DNA from: Candidatus Nealsonbacteria bacterium
Lineage (GTDB): Bacteria > Patescibacteriota > Minisyncoccia > Minisyncoccales > UBA6532
Length of the DNA: 64,000 bases
Assembly (NCBI GenBank): GCA_016186485.1
Contig: JACPLN010000007.1
Location: 33,603-97,602 of the forward strand
Direction: 5' to 3'
Shown here: piece after piece, positions 6,531 to 14,791 of the stretch
Position numbering within the stretch: the stretch's first letter is position 1
Layout of the letters: every line of letters starts with the position of its first letter
Notes under the pieces: generated by a model
Database searches by the model: none
The model's input: only the letters and a program-made list of their open reading frames with translations
Told to the model about the DNA's origin: nothing
Position numbers and translations under genes: made by a program

Positions 6531-8675
6531 ATGCTCCAGATTCTTGATCCAGAAGGGAAAATAGTTGATGGGATGAGGTTTGACGAATTAAAAATGAGCT
6601 CGGAAACTTTGTTTTCCATCTATAAGACAATGCTTTTGACTAGGTTTTTTGAGGAAAGAATGGTTTTAGAGTCAAGACTGGGAAAGTTGCCTCTTTATAT
6701 CTCTCCGAAAGGACAAGAGGCCGCCGAGGTTGCATCGACCTTCGCCATGGATTCAAATGATGTTATTTTATGGTATAAAAGGTCTCAGGGCGCAGCATTC
6801 GCAAGAGGGGTTAGCGTAGAGGGCATGGCAAGATTATTCTACGGATTGAATAGAGCCCAAGAAACAGCAGAATTTCTGAACCGCAGTTTAATGATACCCT
6901 ATAGTCTTGTAGGGATTCATCTTCCTCATGCGGTAGGATATGGTTTGGCTCTCAAAATATTGAAACAGCAAAGAATTGCGGCCGCTTTCTTTGGAGACGG
7001 CGCAACCAGCCAGGGCGCTTTCCATTCCGCTCTCAATTGGGCTAGCATTTTCAAAACCCCAACCGTGTTTATTTGCGAGAATAACCAGTACGCCATTACC
7101 GAATCCAACGCTTTCCAGACCGCAACAAGAACTTTTGCAGAAAAAGCAAACGCTTACAATATGTCTTGGGGCGTGGCTGACGGAAACGATGTTTTTGCCA
7201 TGTATGCTGTCGCGAAGGAAGCCGCCAGAAGAGCCAGGACTCTGTTTGAACCTACATTAATTGAGGCCGTAACTTACCGTATGGATCCCCATACCACGGC
7301 AATAGGCGATATAATCAGCATTTCTGAAGAAGATAAAGAAAGAGCGAAAATAAACGATCCCCTAAGAAGACTGCAGTTATTTTTCATGGGGGAGCAGGCA
7401 AAAAAGAGTTTTGCCATTCAATGGGATTTGGATAAGGATGCGCTGCTGCGAAAAGAAATAGACAGCCAGGTTGCTTCTTCAATTAAGCAAGTAGATCAGT
7501 TGTTTGAGACGGCGCAAAAGGGACCCCTTTTCCAAGAACTGCTTTCTTTAAACAAGCGTTGTTATACAAAGAATATTGACCAGCAAAAGCTGGATGGTTG
7601 TTCGTTTTTTGTCCCAGACGCTATTGCAAATGCCAGTGTTAGAGATGCGATTAATTTCGCCTACTACGACGTAATGAGGGCCGATGACGCCGTTGTTACT
7701 CTTGGAGAGGACGTTGGAATGGCAGGTTCCGTATTCCGCACCGTCGCCCTGCCGGAACTTTTTGTAAAGGAATATCTTGCGGGTTATAGCGATAAAGTTT
7801 TGCAGAAATTTCTGCCTCTGCAGTCAATATTCGGTAAAGATAGGGTTATTGATACGCCCTTAGACGAGCTTGGAATTTGCGGGGTATCCATTGGAATGGC
7901 TCTTGCCGGCTTTCGCCCCATTGCCGAAATCCAGTTTTCAGGATTTGTTTTTGAGGGAGCGGGCCAGATTATTTCTGAAATGGCGAGAATGAAACAAAGA
8001 AGCGAAGGAGAACTGTCTCTTCCTATCATGATTAGGCTTCCTTACGGAGGAGGAAGGTACATAGAACACCACCGCGAATTTGAGGCTCCCCATTTTCTTA
8101 ACAGTCCGGGAATCACCATTGTTTGCCCGTCGCTTGTCCAGGATTTTTACGATCTTTTTTGGGCCTCCGTATTTTCAGGTAAACCGGTGCTCTATTTTGA
8201 AGATAAAAACCTATACAGATCTATTGCGGCGGGAAACTTAAAGAGGCGTGTTCCAGAAAAAACATTGGAACAGTTTGGGGCAAGATTAGCCAAAGAAGGA
8301 AAAGATGTCACTGTTACAGCTTACGGCAGATTGGTATACGATTGCCTTGAAGCGGCTAAAGAACTAGAGAAAGAAAACATATCTTTAGAGGTTATTGACC
8401 TTAGGATCATTTCTCCTTTGGATACTGCTGCAATTCATTCATCTGTGAAAAAAACAGGAAGACTGGTTACGGTTCAAGAAGAGCCCCGTTTCTTCGGCAC
8501 CAGCGCTGAAATTGGGACATCGGTTTTTGAATCAGATGCCTTTTTCAGCTTACGGGCTCCAATTAAGAGGGTTGCTCCGCCATGGGTTTATCATCCCAAT
8601 CATATTATCTGGGATCTTTATATCCCGCAAAAAGAGCAGATCCTGCTGGCGGCGCGGGAAATAATGAAAGCGTAA
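6531..8675 (+). CDS. Fused alpha+beta E1 component of a ThDP-dependent 2-oxoacid (pyruvate/acetoin/branched-chain) dehydrogenase
   Basis: N-terminal half has the ThDP motif GDGATSQGAFHSALNWASIFKTPTVFICENNQYAI. C-terminal half is E1-beta/transketolase-like (VTLGEDVG..., DTPLDELGICGVSIGMALAGFRPIAEIQF, LEVIDLRIISPLD). AAGGTGA RBS. Terminator follows. Confidence 0.85.
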   Translation: MLQILDPEGKIVDGMRFDELKMSSETLFSIYKTMLLTRFFEERMVLESRLGKLPLYISPKGQEAAEVASTFAMDSNDVILWYKRSQGAAFARGVSVEGMARLFYGLNRAQETAEFLNRSLMIPYSLVGIHLPHAVGYGLALKILKQQRIAAAFFGDGATSQGAFHSALNWASIFKTPTVFICENNQYAITESNAFQTATRTFAEKANAYNMSWGVADGNDVFAMYAVAKEAARRARTLFEPTLIEAVTYRMDPHTTAIGDIISISEEDKERAKINDPLRRLQLFFMGEQAKKSFAIQWDLDKDALLRKEIDSQVASSIKQVDQLFETAQKGPLFQELLSLNKRCYTKNIDQQKLDGCSFFVPDAIANASVRDAINFAYYDVMRADDAVVTLGEDVGMAGSVFRTVALPELFVKEYLAGYSDKVLQKFLPLQSIFGKDRVIDTPLDELGICGVSIGMALAGFRPIAEIQFSGFVFEGAGQIISEMARMKQRSEGELSLPIMIRLPYGGGRYIEHHREFEAPHFLNSPGITIVCPSLVQDFYDLFWASVFSGKPVLYFEDKNLYRSIAAGNLKRRVPEKTLEQFGARLAKEGKDVTVTAYGRLVYDCLEAAKELEKENISLEVIDLRIISPLDTAAIHSSVKKTGRLVTVQEEPRFFGTSAEIGTSVFESDAFFSLRAPIKRVAPPWVYHPNHIIWDLYIPQKEQILLAAREIMKA

Positions 8676-8687
8676 TAAAAAAAGAGT

Positions 8688-8717
8688 AAGTCTCGTTTTA
8701 GACGAGACTTTTTATTC
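8688..8717 (+). terminator. Rho-independent terminator after the E1 fusion gene
   Basis: AAGTCTCGT-TTTAG-ACGAGACTT stem followed by TTTTATT. Confidence 0.8.
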
Positions 8718-8719
8718 GC

Positions 8720-8860
8720 GGGGTTGACCCCGTAGTGAATTTTGGACAAGTTTCACTTTACGGAGTAAGTCCAAAATCTACTACCGGGGTTGACCCCGTA
8801 GTGAATTTTGGACAAGTTTCACTTTACGGAGTAAGTCCAAAATCTACTACCGGGGTTGAC
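8720..8860 (+). repeat. Perfect 66-bp tandem direct repeat (2 full copies plus 9 bp), each unit folding into a long imperfect hairpin
   Basis: 8720-8785 is identical to 8786-8851 (GGGGTTGACCCCGTAGTGAATTTTGGACAAGTTTCACTTTACGGAGTAAGTCCAAAATCTACTACC). 8852-8860 repeats GGGGTTGAC. Arms 8728-8747 and 8769-8789 pair over about 19 bp. Confidence 0.95.
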
Positions 8861-8885
8861 TATTTTTTGGAGCTATTTATATAAT
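8856..8885 (+). promoter_or_regulatory. Putative promoter of the ugd-like operon; its -35 is supplied by the third partial repeat
   Basis: TTGACT (8856-8861), 18-nt spacer, TATAAT (8880-8885). Confidence 0.55.
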
Positions 8886-8905
8886 GGATTATGGGGTTTA
8901 TTAAG

Positions 8906-9733
8906 ATGAAAATAGGCATTATGGGCGTTGGAATGGTTGGCGGGTCCATACAGCGCTATTTTGAGCAAAAGAAAGAGGTTAAGCCTTTTTTATATGACCC
9001 GGGCAGAAATCTTGGTTCGGTTGAAGAAGTTAACCAGGCTGACGTTATTTTTGTCTGCGTTCCCACTCCTTATTTAAGAGATGGAAAAGGATTTGATTTG
9101 TCTTATGTTGAAGATGCGTTATCCAAAATAAAGGACGGAAAAATAGTTGTTATTAAATCCACTGTTTTGCCGGGCACTACCGAGGCGTTTCAAACAAAGC
9201 GCCCAAACCACAAAATTCTTTTCAACCCGGAATTTCTTACCGAAGTGACCGCCGACCAGGATATGTCTTATCCCGATCGCCAGATTGTGGGTTACACCGA
9301 AAAGTCATACAATGTTGCCGGCGATATATTGCAAGTTTTGCCAATAGCTCCTCTTGAAAGAATTATGCCGGCCACCGAAGCAGAGATGGTCAAATATTTC
9401 GGCAACACATGGTTTTCAACCAAAGTTACTTTTGCAAACCAAATGTATGACCTATGCCAATCATTGGGCATTGATTACGACAGGGTTATGGAGGCTGCTT
9501 CTGCCGATAAAAGAATCGGCAGGTCTCATCTTGAGGTATGGCACAAGGGGTACAGGGGATACGGCGGCAAATGCCTTCCCAAGGACACCAAAGCTTTTAT
9601 TCAATTTGCCGATTCTAAAGGAGTTGACCTTAGGCTTCATAAAACAGTTGACGCCATAAACGAAGAGCTGATGAAAAAGCAGGGGATTGCGGATCCCGAG
9701 AAATTCAGCAAACGCGATCCCGGAGGCGCATAA
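8906..9733 (+). CDS. UDP-glucose 6-dehydrogenase-family protein, short form lacking the C-terminal UDP-sugar-binding domain
   Basis: Rossmann start MKIGIMGVGMVGGS, NPEFLTEVTADQDM, catalytic-Cys motif YGGKCLPKDTKA (E. coli Ugd has GGYCLPKDTK). The protein ends about 50 aa after the Cys. Confidence 0.7.
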   Translation: MKIGIMGVGMVGGSIQRYFEQKKEVKPFLYDPGRNLGSVEEVNQADVIFVCVPTPYLRDGKGFDLSYVEDALSKIKDGKIVVIKSTVLPGTTEAFQTKRPNHKILFNPEFLTEVTADQDMSYPDRQIVGYTEKSYNVAGDILQVLPIAPLERIMPATEAEMVKYFGNTWFSTKVTFANQMYDLCQSLGIDYDRVMEAASADKRIGRSHLEVWHKGYRGYGGKCLPKDTKAFIQFADSKGVDLRLHKTVDAINEELMKKQGIADPEKFSKRDPGGA

Positions 9734-9749
9734 TTTATATATTTTACTT

Positions 9750-10652
9750 ATGACTAAAGTAATTGTTACCGGCGGAGCCGGTTTTATAGGCTCCCATCTT
9801 GCGGACGCTTTAATAGAAAGGGGTTTTAAAGTGATTATTATAGATAATCTTTCCGGCGGATCTAAGGAAAATATTAATTCCAAAGCCGAATTCCATCAGC
9901 TTGACCTAAGAAACCTGGAAGCGATAAAACCCTTATTTCCAGGGGTAGATTTTGTTTTCCATTTGGCGGCAAAACCGCGTATTCCTCTTTCTATTCAGGA
10001 TCCTATTTCTGCCAACGAGAATAATCTTAATACCACTTTGAATGTTTTGGTAGCCGCAAGGGATGCAGGGGTGAAAAAAGTGGCTTATTCGTCTTCGTCT
10101 TCTGTTTACGGCTGTCAAGATGTTCTGCCCCAGAGAGAAGACATGATTCCAAAACCGCTTAATCCCTACGCTCTTCAGAAATATGTAGGTGAACTTTACT
10201 GCAGGATTTTTTCCGACCTTTACGGCCTTCAAACCGTTTCTGTCAGATACTTCAATGTTTTCGGCCCGAGAGCTCCTCAGGAAGGGGCTTATGCTACTGT
10301 AGTCGGAATATTTCTAAGGAAAAAAGAAAATGGCGAACCTTTAACTATTACCGGGGACGGAACACAAAAAAGAGACTTTACTTATGTGTCTGATGTTGTT
10401 GAGGGCACGATTCTCGCCGCTTTAAAGCCGACAATCGGGGGAGAGGTTATAAATTTGGGAGCTGGCAGAAATTACAGCATAAATCAGCTTGCTCAAATGA
10501 TCGGCGGAGTTACGGTTAATGTTCCTCCGAGGCCAGGCGAAATCATGGAAAGTCTGGCGGATCCATCAAAAGCAAACAGGTTATTAGGATGGAAGCCAAA
10601 ATACAATTTGGAGACCGGCATTGAAGAAATGAAAGAAAAGCATGGCTACTAA
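9750..10652 (+). CDS. NAD-dependent nucleotide-sugar epimerase (extended SDR, WbpP/GalE-like)
   Basis: [30 protein letters not shown] (YxxxK), YFNVFGPR. Confidence 0.8.
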   Translation: MTKVIVTGGAGFIGSHLADALIERGFKVIIIDNLSGGSKENINSKAEFHQLDLRNLEAIKPLFPGVDFVFHLAAKPRIPLSIQDPISANENNLNTTLNVLVAARDAGVKKVAYSSSSSVYGCQDVLPQREDMIPKPLNPYALQKYVGELYCRIFSDLYGLQTVSVRYFNVFGPRAPQEGAYATVVGIFLRKKENGEPLTITGDGTQKRDFTYVSDVVEGTILAALKPTIGGEVINLGAGRNYSINQLAQMIGGVTVNVPPRPGEIMESLADPSKANRLLGWKPKYNLETGIEEMKEKHGY

Positions 10653-11622
10653 CAAAAGAAAGGTATTAATAACAGGGGGCGCCGGATTTATCGGTTCCCA
10701 TCTTGCAGAGAAGCTTCTCCAAAAAGGAGAAGAAGTTTTTGTTATTGACAACCTATCTACCGGCAGAATTGAAAACATATCTCACCTTAGGAAAAACAGG
10801 AACCTTCATTTTATAAAAGACACGATTTTAAACAAAAAAAGAGTGGAAAGGTTGGTAAGCAGGATGAGTCAGGTGTATCATTTGGCGGCAGCGGTTGGAG
10901 TCAAAACCGTGGTGGAAAAACCACTGGAATCTTTCCTGCTTAATCTTCGCGGAACAGAGATAGTTTTGGAAGCGGCTTCAAAGAAAAAAATTCCCGTCCT
11001 TTTGGCTTCAACCTCCGAGGTATACGGCAAAAACAGCAAGCTGCCGTTTAAAGAAGAAGATGACAGGGTTTATGGTTCCGCGCTTCAGAGCCGCTGGGGC
11101 TACGGCATGTCAAAAGGCGGAGATGAGTTTATGGCTTTGGCATATTGCAGGGAAAAAGGCTTGCCCGCGGTAATTGTCAGGATTTTTAACGTAATCGGTC
11201 CAAGGCAGACAGGCGTTTATGGAATGGTTGTCCCGCGCTTCGTAGACCAGGCTTTATCTGGTAATTCCATAACCGTTTACGGAAATGGTTTTCAGACAAG
11301 ATGCTTTGCTTATGTGTCTGATGTTGTTGAGGCATTGATAGCCTTATCTAGCCATCATAAAGCAATAGGCCAGATATTTAACGTGGGTTCAGATGAAGAA
11401 ATTTCCATTAAAGACCTGGCAAAAACCGTAAAAATATTAACCGCCAGCCCTTCAAGGATAACTTTTGTTCCCTACTCAAAAGCATACGGCCAAGATTTTG
11501 TAGATATGGAGCACAGGAAACCGGATATCTCAAAAATCGGGAAGCTCATCGGATACCGTCCGAAAGTGTCTTTGGAGGAATCCCTCAAAATAATTATTAA
11601 CTATTTTAATGCTAAAAAGTAG
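10642..11622 (+). CDS. UDP-glucuronate oxidative decarboxylase, ArnA C-terminal-domain-like SDR
   Basis: [32 protein letters not shown]-terminal YGQDFVDMEHRKPDI matches E. coli ArnA YGKGYQDVEHRKPSI, including the Arg619 position. Confidence 0.6.
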   Translation: MATNKRKVLITGGAGFIGSHLAEKLLQKGEEVFVIDNLSTGRIENISHLRKNRNLHFIKDTILNKKRVERLVSRMSQVYHLAAAVGVKTVVEKPLESFLLNLRGTEIVLEAASKKKIPVLLASTSEVYGKNSKLPFKEEDDRVYGSALQSRWGYGMSKGGDEFMALAYCREKGLPAVIVRIFNVIGPRQTGVYGMVVPRFVDQALSGNSITVYGNGFQTRCFAYVSDVVEALIALSSHHKAIGQIFNVGSDEEISIKDLAKTVKILTASPSRITFVPYSKAYGQDFVDMEHRKPDISKIGKLIGYRPKVSLEESLKIIINYFNAKK

Positions 11623-12343
11623 AATTTGTTTTACTTCGCTTGACCTGGAGCATTTTGGAGACAAGCCCGGAATGGGTTCCCTTGATGGAATTTTAGCAAT
11701 TTTTAGACAATATAATATTCCGGCAACCCTGTTTGTTACAGGGAAAATTTTGAAGGAAAACGCAGACTTAATTAGGGATCTTGCCAAAGATTATGAGATT
11801 TCCTGCCATAGCTATTCCCATCGTTTTTGGAACAAGCTTTCAGAAGAGGAAAGAAACAGCGATTTAGACCAATTTATCATTCTTTACCAAAGTATTTTTG
11901 GGAAAAGGCCAATCGGTTTTCGTTCGCCGTCCCATATTATTGATGAGGCGGCTTTAAAGGCGCTTGAGGAAAAAGGATTTTTGTACGACAGCAGTGTTGT
12001 TCCTCGCTACCCTTTTTTGAAGAAGTACCGCGGATATAAAGGGAAAGCCCCTGTTTTTCCTTACAGGCCTTCTTATAATAACTATAGAAAGGCAGGAGAA
12101 ATGAGTATCCTTGAAATACCGGCGGCGGGTCAGTTGTTTGGAATACCGCTAGCCGGCGCTTGGATTGCCAAGCTGCCGTTTTTAACTTATAAGTTTATGT
12201 TTCAAATCTCAAAACCCCGATTCATTAGTCTTTCTATCCATTCTTGGGATCCTTTGAATAATCTGGATAAGATTTTGGGATTGTTAAAAGGTAGCGGATA
12301 TCAATTTTTAAATGGAGAACAAATTTTTAAAAATTACAAATAA
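11609..12343 (+). CDS. Polysaccharide deacetylase (CE4/NodB-homology; same family as ArnD deformylase)
   Basis: ATLFVTGKIL, HSYSH (H-x-x-x-H), FRSPSH (R-x-P) motifs. Confidence 0.7.
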   Translation: MLKSRICFTSLDLEHFGDKPGMGSLDGILAIFRQYNIPATLFVTGKILKENADLIRDLAKDYEISCHSYSHRFWNKLSEEERNSDLDQFIILYQSIFGKRPIGFRSPSHIIDEAALKALEEKGFLYDSSVVPRYPFLKKYRGYKGKAPVFPYRPSYNNYRKAGEMSILEIPAAGQLFGIPLAGAWIAKLPFLTYKFMFQISKPRFISLSIHSWDPLNNLDKILGLLKGSGYQFLNGEQIFKNYK

Positions 12344-13301
12344 GAATGAATGGCAGGATTTGCTGAACAAGGTCTTTTTAAAGACTTTTTTTCATAATCA
12401 AGACTGGGAAGAGTTTTTGGAAAAGGAGTTTCCCTGGCTGAAATTTGAGCATTATTCATACGGGGATAAAGCTCTTTTGAGTTTAGCCAGGGTTAGGGTT
12501 TTTGGGAAAGAAAAGTTAATTTCTCACCCTTTTTGCGAGTACGGCGGCCCTCTGCCGTTGGTACAAAGTATTGATTGGGCAATCTTTGAAAAGGATTTAT
12601 TAGAAGAATTTAAGGAACCCCTTAGGATTAGATTTCACCCTAAAGTTGTCGGAGGTCTGACCTCCGGCTTCCGACAAGCTGAAATAAACACTTATTTTAT
12701 TGAAGATTTACATATAAAAACAAAAGAGCAGCTTCTTAATTCATTCAGGAAAACACTGCGTCATCTAATATTGGGAAAGCATCCAATTAATATCGGGTTG
12801 TTAGAAAATGATGACGATTTGAAATATTTATACAAGCTTTATGTTCAAACAGCAAAACGCAATATGTTCTTGCCGCGCCCATTTTCTTTTTTTCGTTTTT
12901 TCAGAAATTCAAAAGACGCCAAAATCGTTTTGGCTAGGCATAGAAACAAGGTTATAGCCGGAAGCATTTTCTTGTTTTACGATAAGTTCATTCAATACGC
13001 CTTAAATGCTTCTGATTGGCGTTTCGGAAATTTTTATCCCAACCACTTGATTCTTTGGCAAGAAATTTTTGAGAATGCTGGAGGAAAATACGAGGTATTC
13101 GACCTGGGCGGCACTGGGGTGGGCTCTGAACTGGAAGTTTTTAAGTCCGGCTGGGGAGCGAAAAAATACCCCATTTTTGAGATAAGCAATGTAAAAAAAG
13201 AAGGCCATTTTCGCGGCTCAAAACTGAGAAAAATTTTACCCTTCTTGCCAGACTTCCTTTTCAAAAAACTAAGCTCCCGCTTGCTGAAATATAAACTTTA
13301 A
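12312..13301 (+). CDS. FemAB-like / Acetyltransf_6-type acyl- or aminoacyl-transferase
   Basis: C-terminal GNAT-like core (IAGSIFLFYDKFIQYALNASD ... GGKYEVFDLGGTGVGSELEVFKSGWGAKKYP), typical by eye of the FemAB/BioF2-like acetyltransferase family. Confidence 0.45.
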   Translation: MENKFLKITNKNEWQDLLNKVFLKTFFHNQDWEEFLEKEFPWLKFEHYSYGDKALLSLARVRVFGKEKLISHPFCEYGGPLPLVQSIDWAIFEKDLLEEFKEPLRIRFHPKVVGGLTSGFRQAEINTYFIEDLHIKTKEQLLNSFRKTLRHLILGKHPINIGLLENDDDLKYLYKLYVQTAKRNMFLPRPFSFFRFFRNSKDAKIVLARHRNKVIAGSIFLFYDKFIQYALNASDWRFGNFYPNHLILWQEIFENAGGKYEVFDLGGTGVGSELEVFKSGWGAKKYPIFEISNVKKEGHFRGSKLRKILPFLPDFLFKKLSSRLLKYKL

Positions 13302-13334
13302 GGGCCATTGCTTCCTCCGAGGAAGCAATAGCCC
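13302..13334. terminator. Intergenic hairpin between convergent genes
   Basis: GGGCCATTGCTTCCTC-CGA-GGAAGCAATAGCCC. Flanked by an A-run on the plus strand, so no clean T-tract for the plus-strand gene. Confidence 0.45.
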
Positions 13335-13362
13335 TCGTAAAAAAAGAAGAGCTATAAGCCCT

Positions 13363-13647
13363 TTATTCTTTGGTTAGTAGCGGATCGGCAGCAGGAACAA
13401 CGATAAGGATGTCTGCCTCCATTTGTTCTGTTACCTGTTCGCCCTCCACGGTGTGTATTACTTCTTTTACAAGCCAAGTTCCCTGTTCTAAAGCCCACTT
13501 CGGTAGATAATCCCACAATTTTTTAATATGGGATGCTAGCAATATTTTCTCTCCTTTCTGGACCGGCGTACGAAACTGTATTAGCCTAACCGCAGATGTA
13601 ATTTTAGTAGATCCGTTTGCCCTGAAGAATACATTATATCTATACAT
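13363..13647 (-). CDS. Hypothetical 94-aa protein
   Basis: ORF only; lies 25 nt downstream of the DegT-family gene on the same strand. No recognisable motif. Confidence 0.35.
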   Translation of the reverse strand: MYRYNVFFRANGSTKITSAVRLIQFRTPVQKGEKILLASHIKKLWDYLPKWALEQGTWLVKEVIHTVEGEQVTEQMEADILIVVPAADPLLTKE

Positions 13648-13672
13648 TCTTTTCGTTCGCCTCTGTGAGAGA

Positions 13673-14791
13673 TTATAGAGCGTTTATAGATTTTGTCAAG
13701 GCAAGCGCCATTTTTCTAATGTCTTTTTCGGTGTAGAAGTTTTGGAGGGGGAAATTGATAACTCTTTTGGAGATATCAATCGTGTTCGGGAAACCTGCCA
13801 AATTGAGACTATATTCCTTTTGAACTTCGGGGTTAAAGACTATTGGCGTGTGCCAGATGCGGGTGCAAAAGATATTATGTTTTCTCAACTTTTTAACTAG
13901 CCCGTCCCTGTCTGTGTTTTCTGGAACCAAAGCCGAAAGATATGTAAAAACATTGTTTTGGGAGTCTTGAACCTCAAAACCCAGTTTCTTTAGCTCTGAT
14001 TGAAAAAATAGGGCTAATTTGATACGCTGGGGCAGGACTTTTTCAAAATCATCTAAGAGATTCAAAAAAAGATTCATAGACACTCTGTTTAACAGGCTTG
14101 GCTGCGTTAGTTTCTCTTTTCTTGGAATGGTCTTTGCGATACCAGATCCAAATTGTTTGAAAATATAGGCAAAAATGGAAAAAGAGTTTAAAAGCGATAA
14201 AAAATCCCTGGGGTTAAAGCAGGTTTTTGGTAAATCTTTTGCTTTCATATTCTTTGGCAGGATGGCCATTCCGCCTCGAGATGTGGGGAAGGATTTGTAC
14301 AGGCTGAAAAAAGAAGCGTCGCCGGCATTGCCGGTTTTGTTTCCAAAGCTGTGAGCGCAATCTTCTATAACCAATACTTGGCTGCCAGCGATTTCTCTGA
14401 TTTTTCCTATATTTACCGGCAGGCCGTAGGTGTGGGAAACTAAAATTGATTTTGTTTCCGGGGTAATCTTTTCTTTTAACTCATTTCCGCTAATATTAAA
14501 TGTTTCCTTGTCTGCATCTAAAAAAACAGGGGAAATGTGGTATTGTTTAAATATGGGGTAGAAAACATCGCAGATATAGGCGGGAACCAGCATTTTTGAG
14601 TTTTGGAGGTTAAAACTTTCAATAATAAGCTTAAAAGCGGAACGCCCCATATCTGTAAAGACTATTTCTTTCCCGGGAAACATTCCCTCAAGTTTTTTTA
14701 AGGCAGCAGGATCGGAAGATTTTATAAAAGAAAAAACTACTTTCTTTATGTTGCCAATATTAAATTTTATTTGAGGGTGGACAAAATACAT
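13673..14791 (-). CDS. DegT/DnrJ/EryC1/StrS-family PLP-dependent sugar aminotransferase (ArnB family)
   Basis: VLVIEDCAHSFG ... GDASFFSLYKSFPTSRGG (PLP-Lys context). The start is uncertain; the internal Met at 14683, preceded by GAGGGA, is an alternative. Confidence 0.75.
   Translation of the reverse strand: MYFVHPQIKFNIGNIKKVVFSFIKSSDPAALKKLEGMFPGKEIVFTDMGRSAFKLIIESFNLQNSKMLVPAYICDVFYPIFKQYHISPVFLDADKETFNISGNELKEKITPETKSILVSHTYGLPVNIGKIREIAGSQVLVIEDCAHSFGNKTGNAGDASFFSLYKSFPTSRGGMAILPKNMKAKDLPKTCFNPRDFLSLLNSFSIFAYIFKQFGSGIAKTIPRKEKLTQPSLLNRVSMNLFLNLLDDFEKVLPQRIKLALFFQSELKKLGFEVQDSQNNVFTYLSALVPENTDRDGLVKKLRKHNIFCTRIWHTPIVFNPEVQKEYSLNLAGFPNTIDISKRVINFPLQNFYTEKDIRKMALALTKSINAL

Noticed and set aside
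8720-8860. The 66-bp repeat array as a CRISPR array
   Set aside because: The units are directly contiguous with no spacers. There are only two full copies. The unit is twice the usual repeat length, and no cas genes are in the window.
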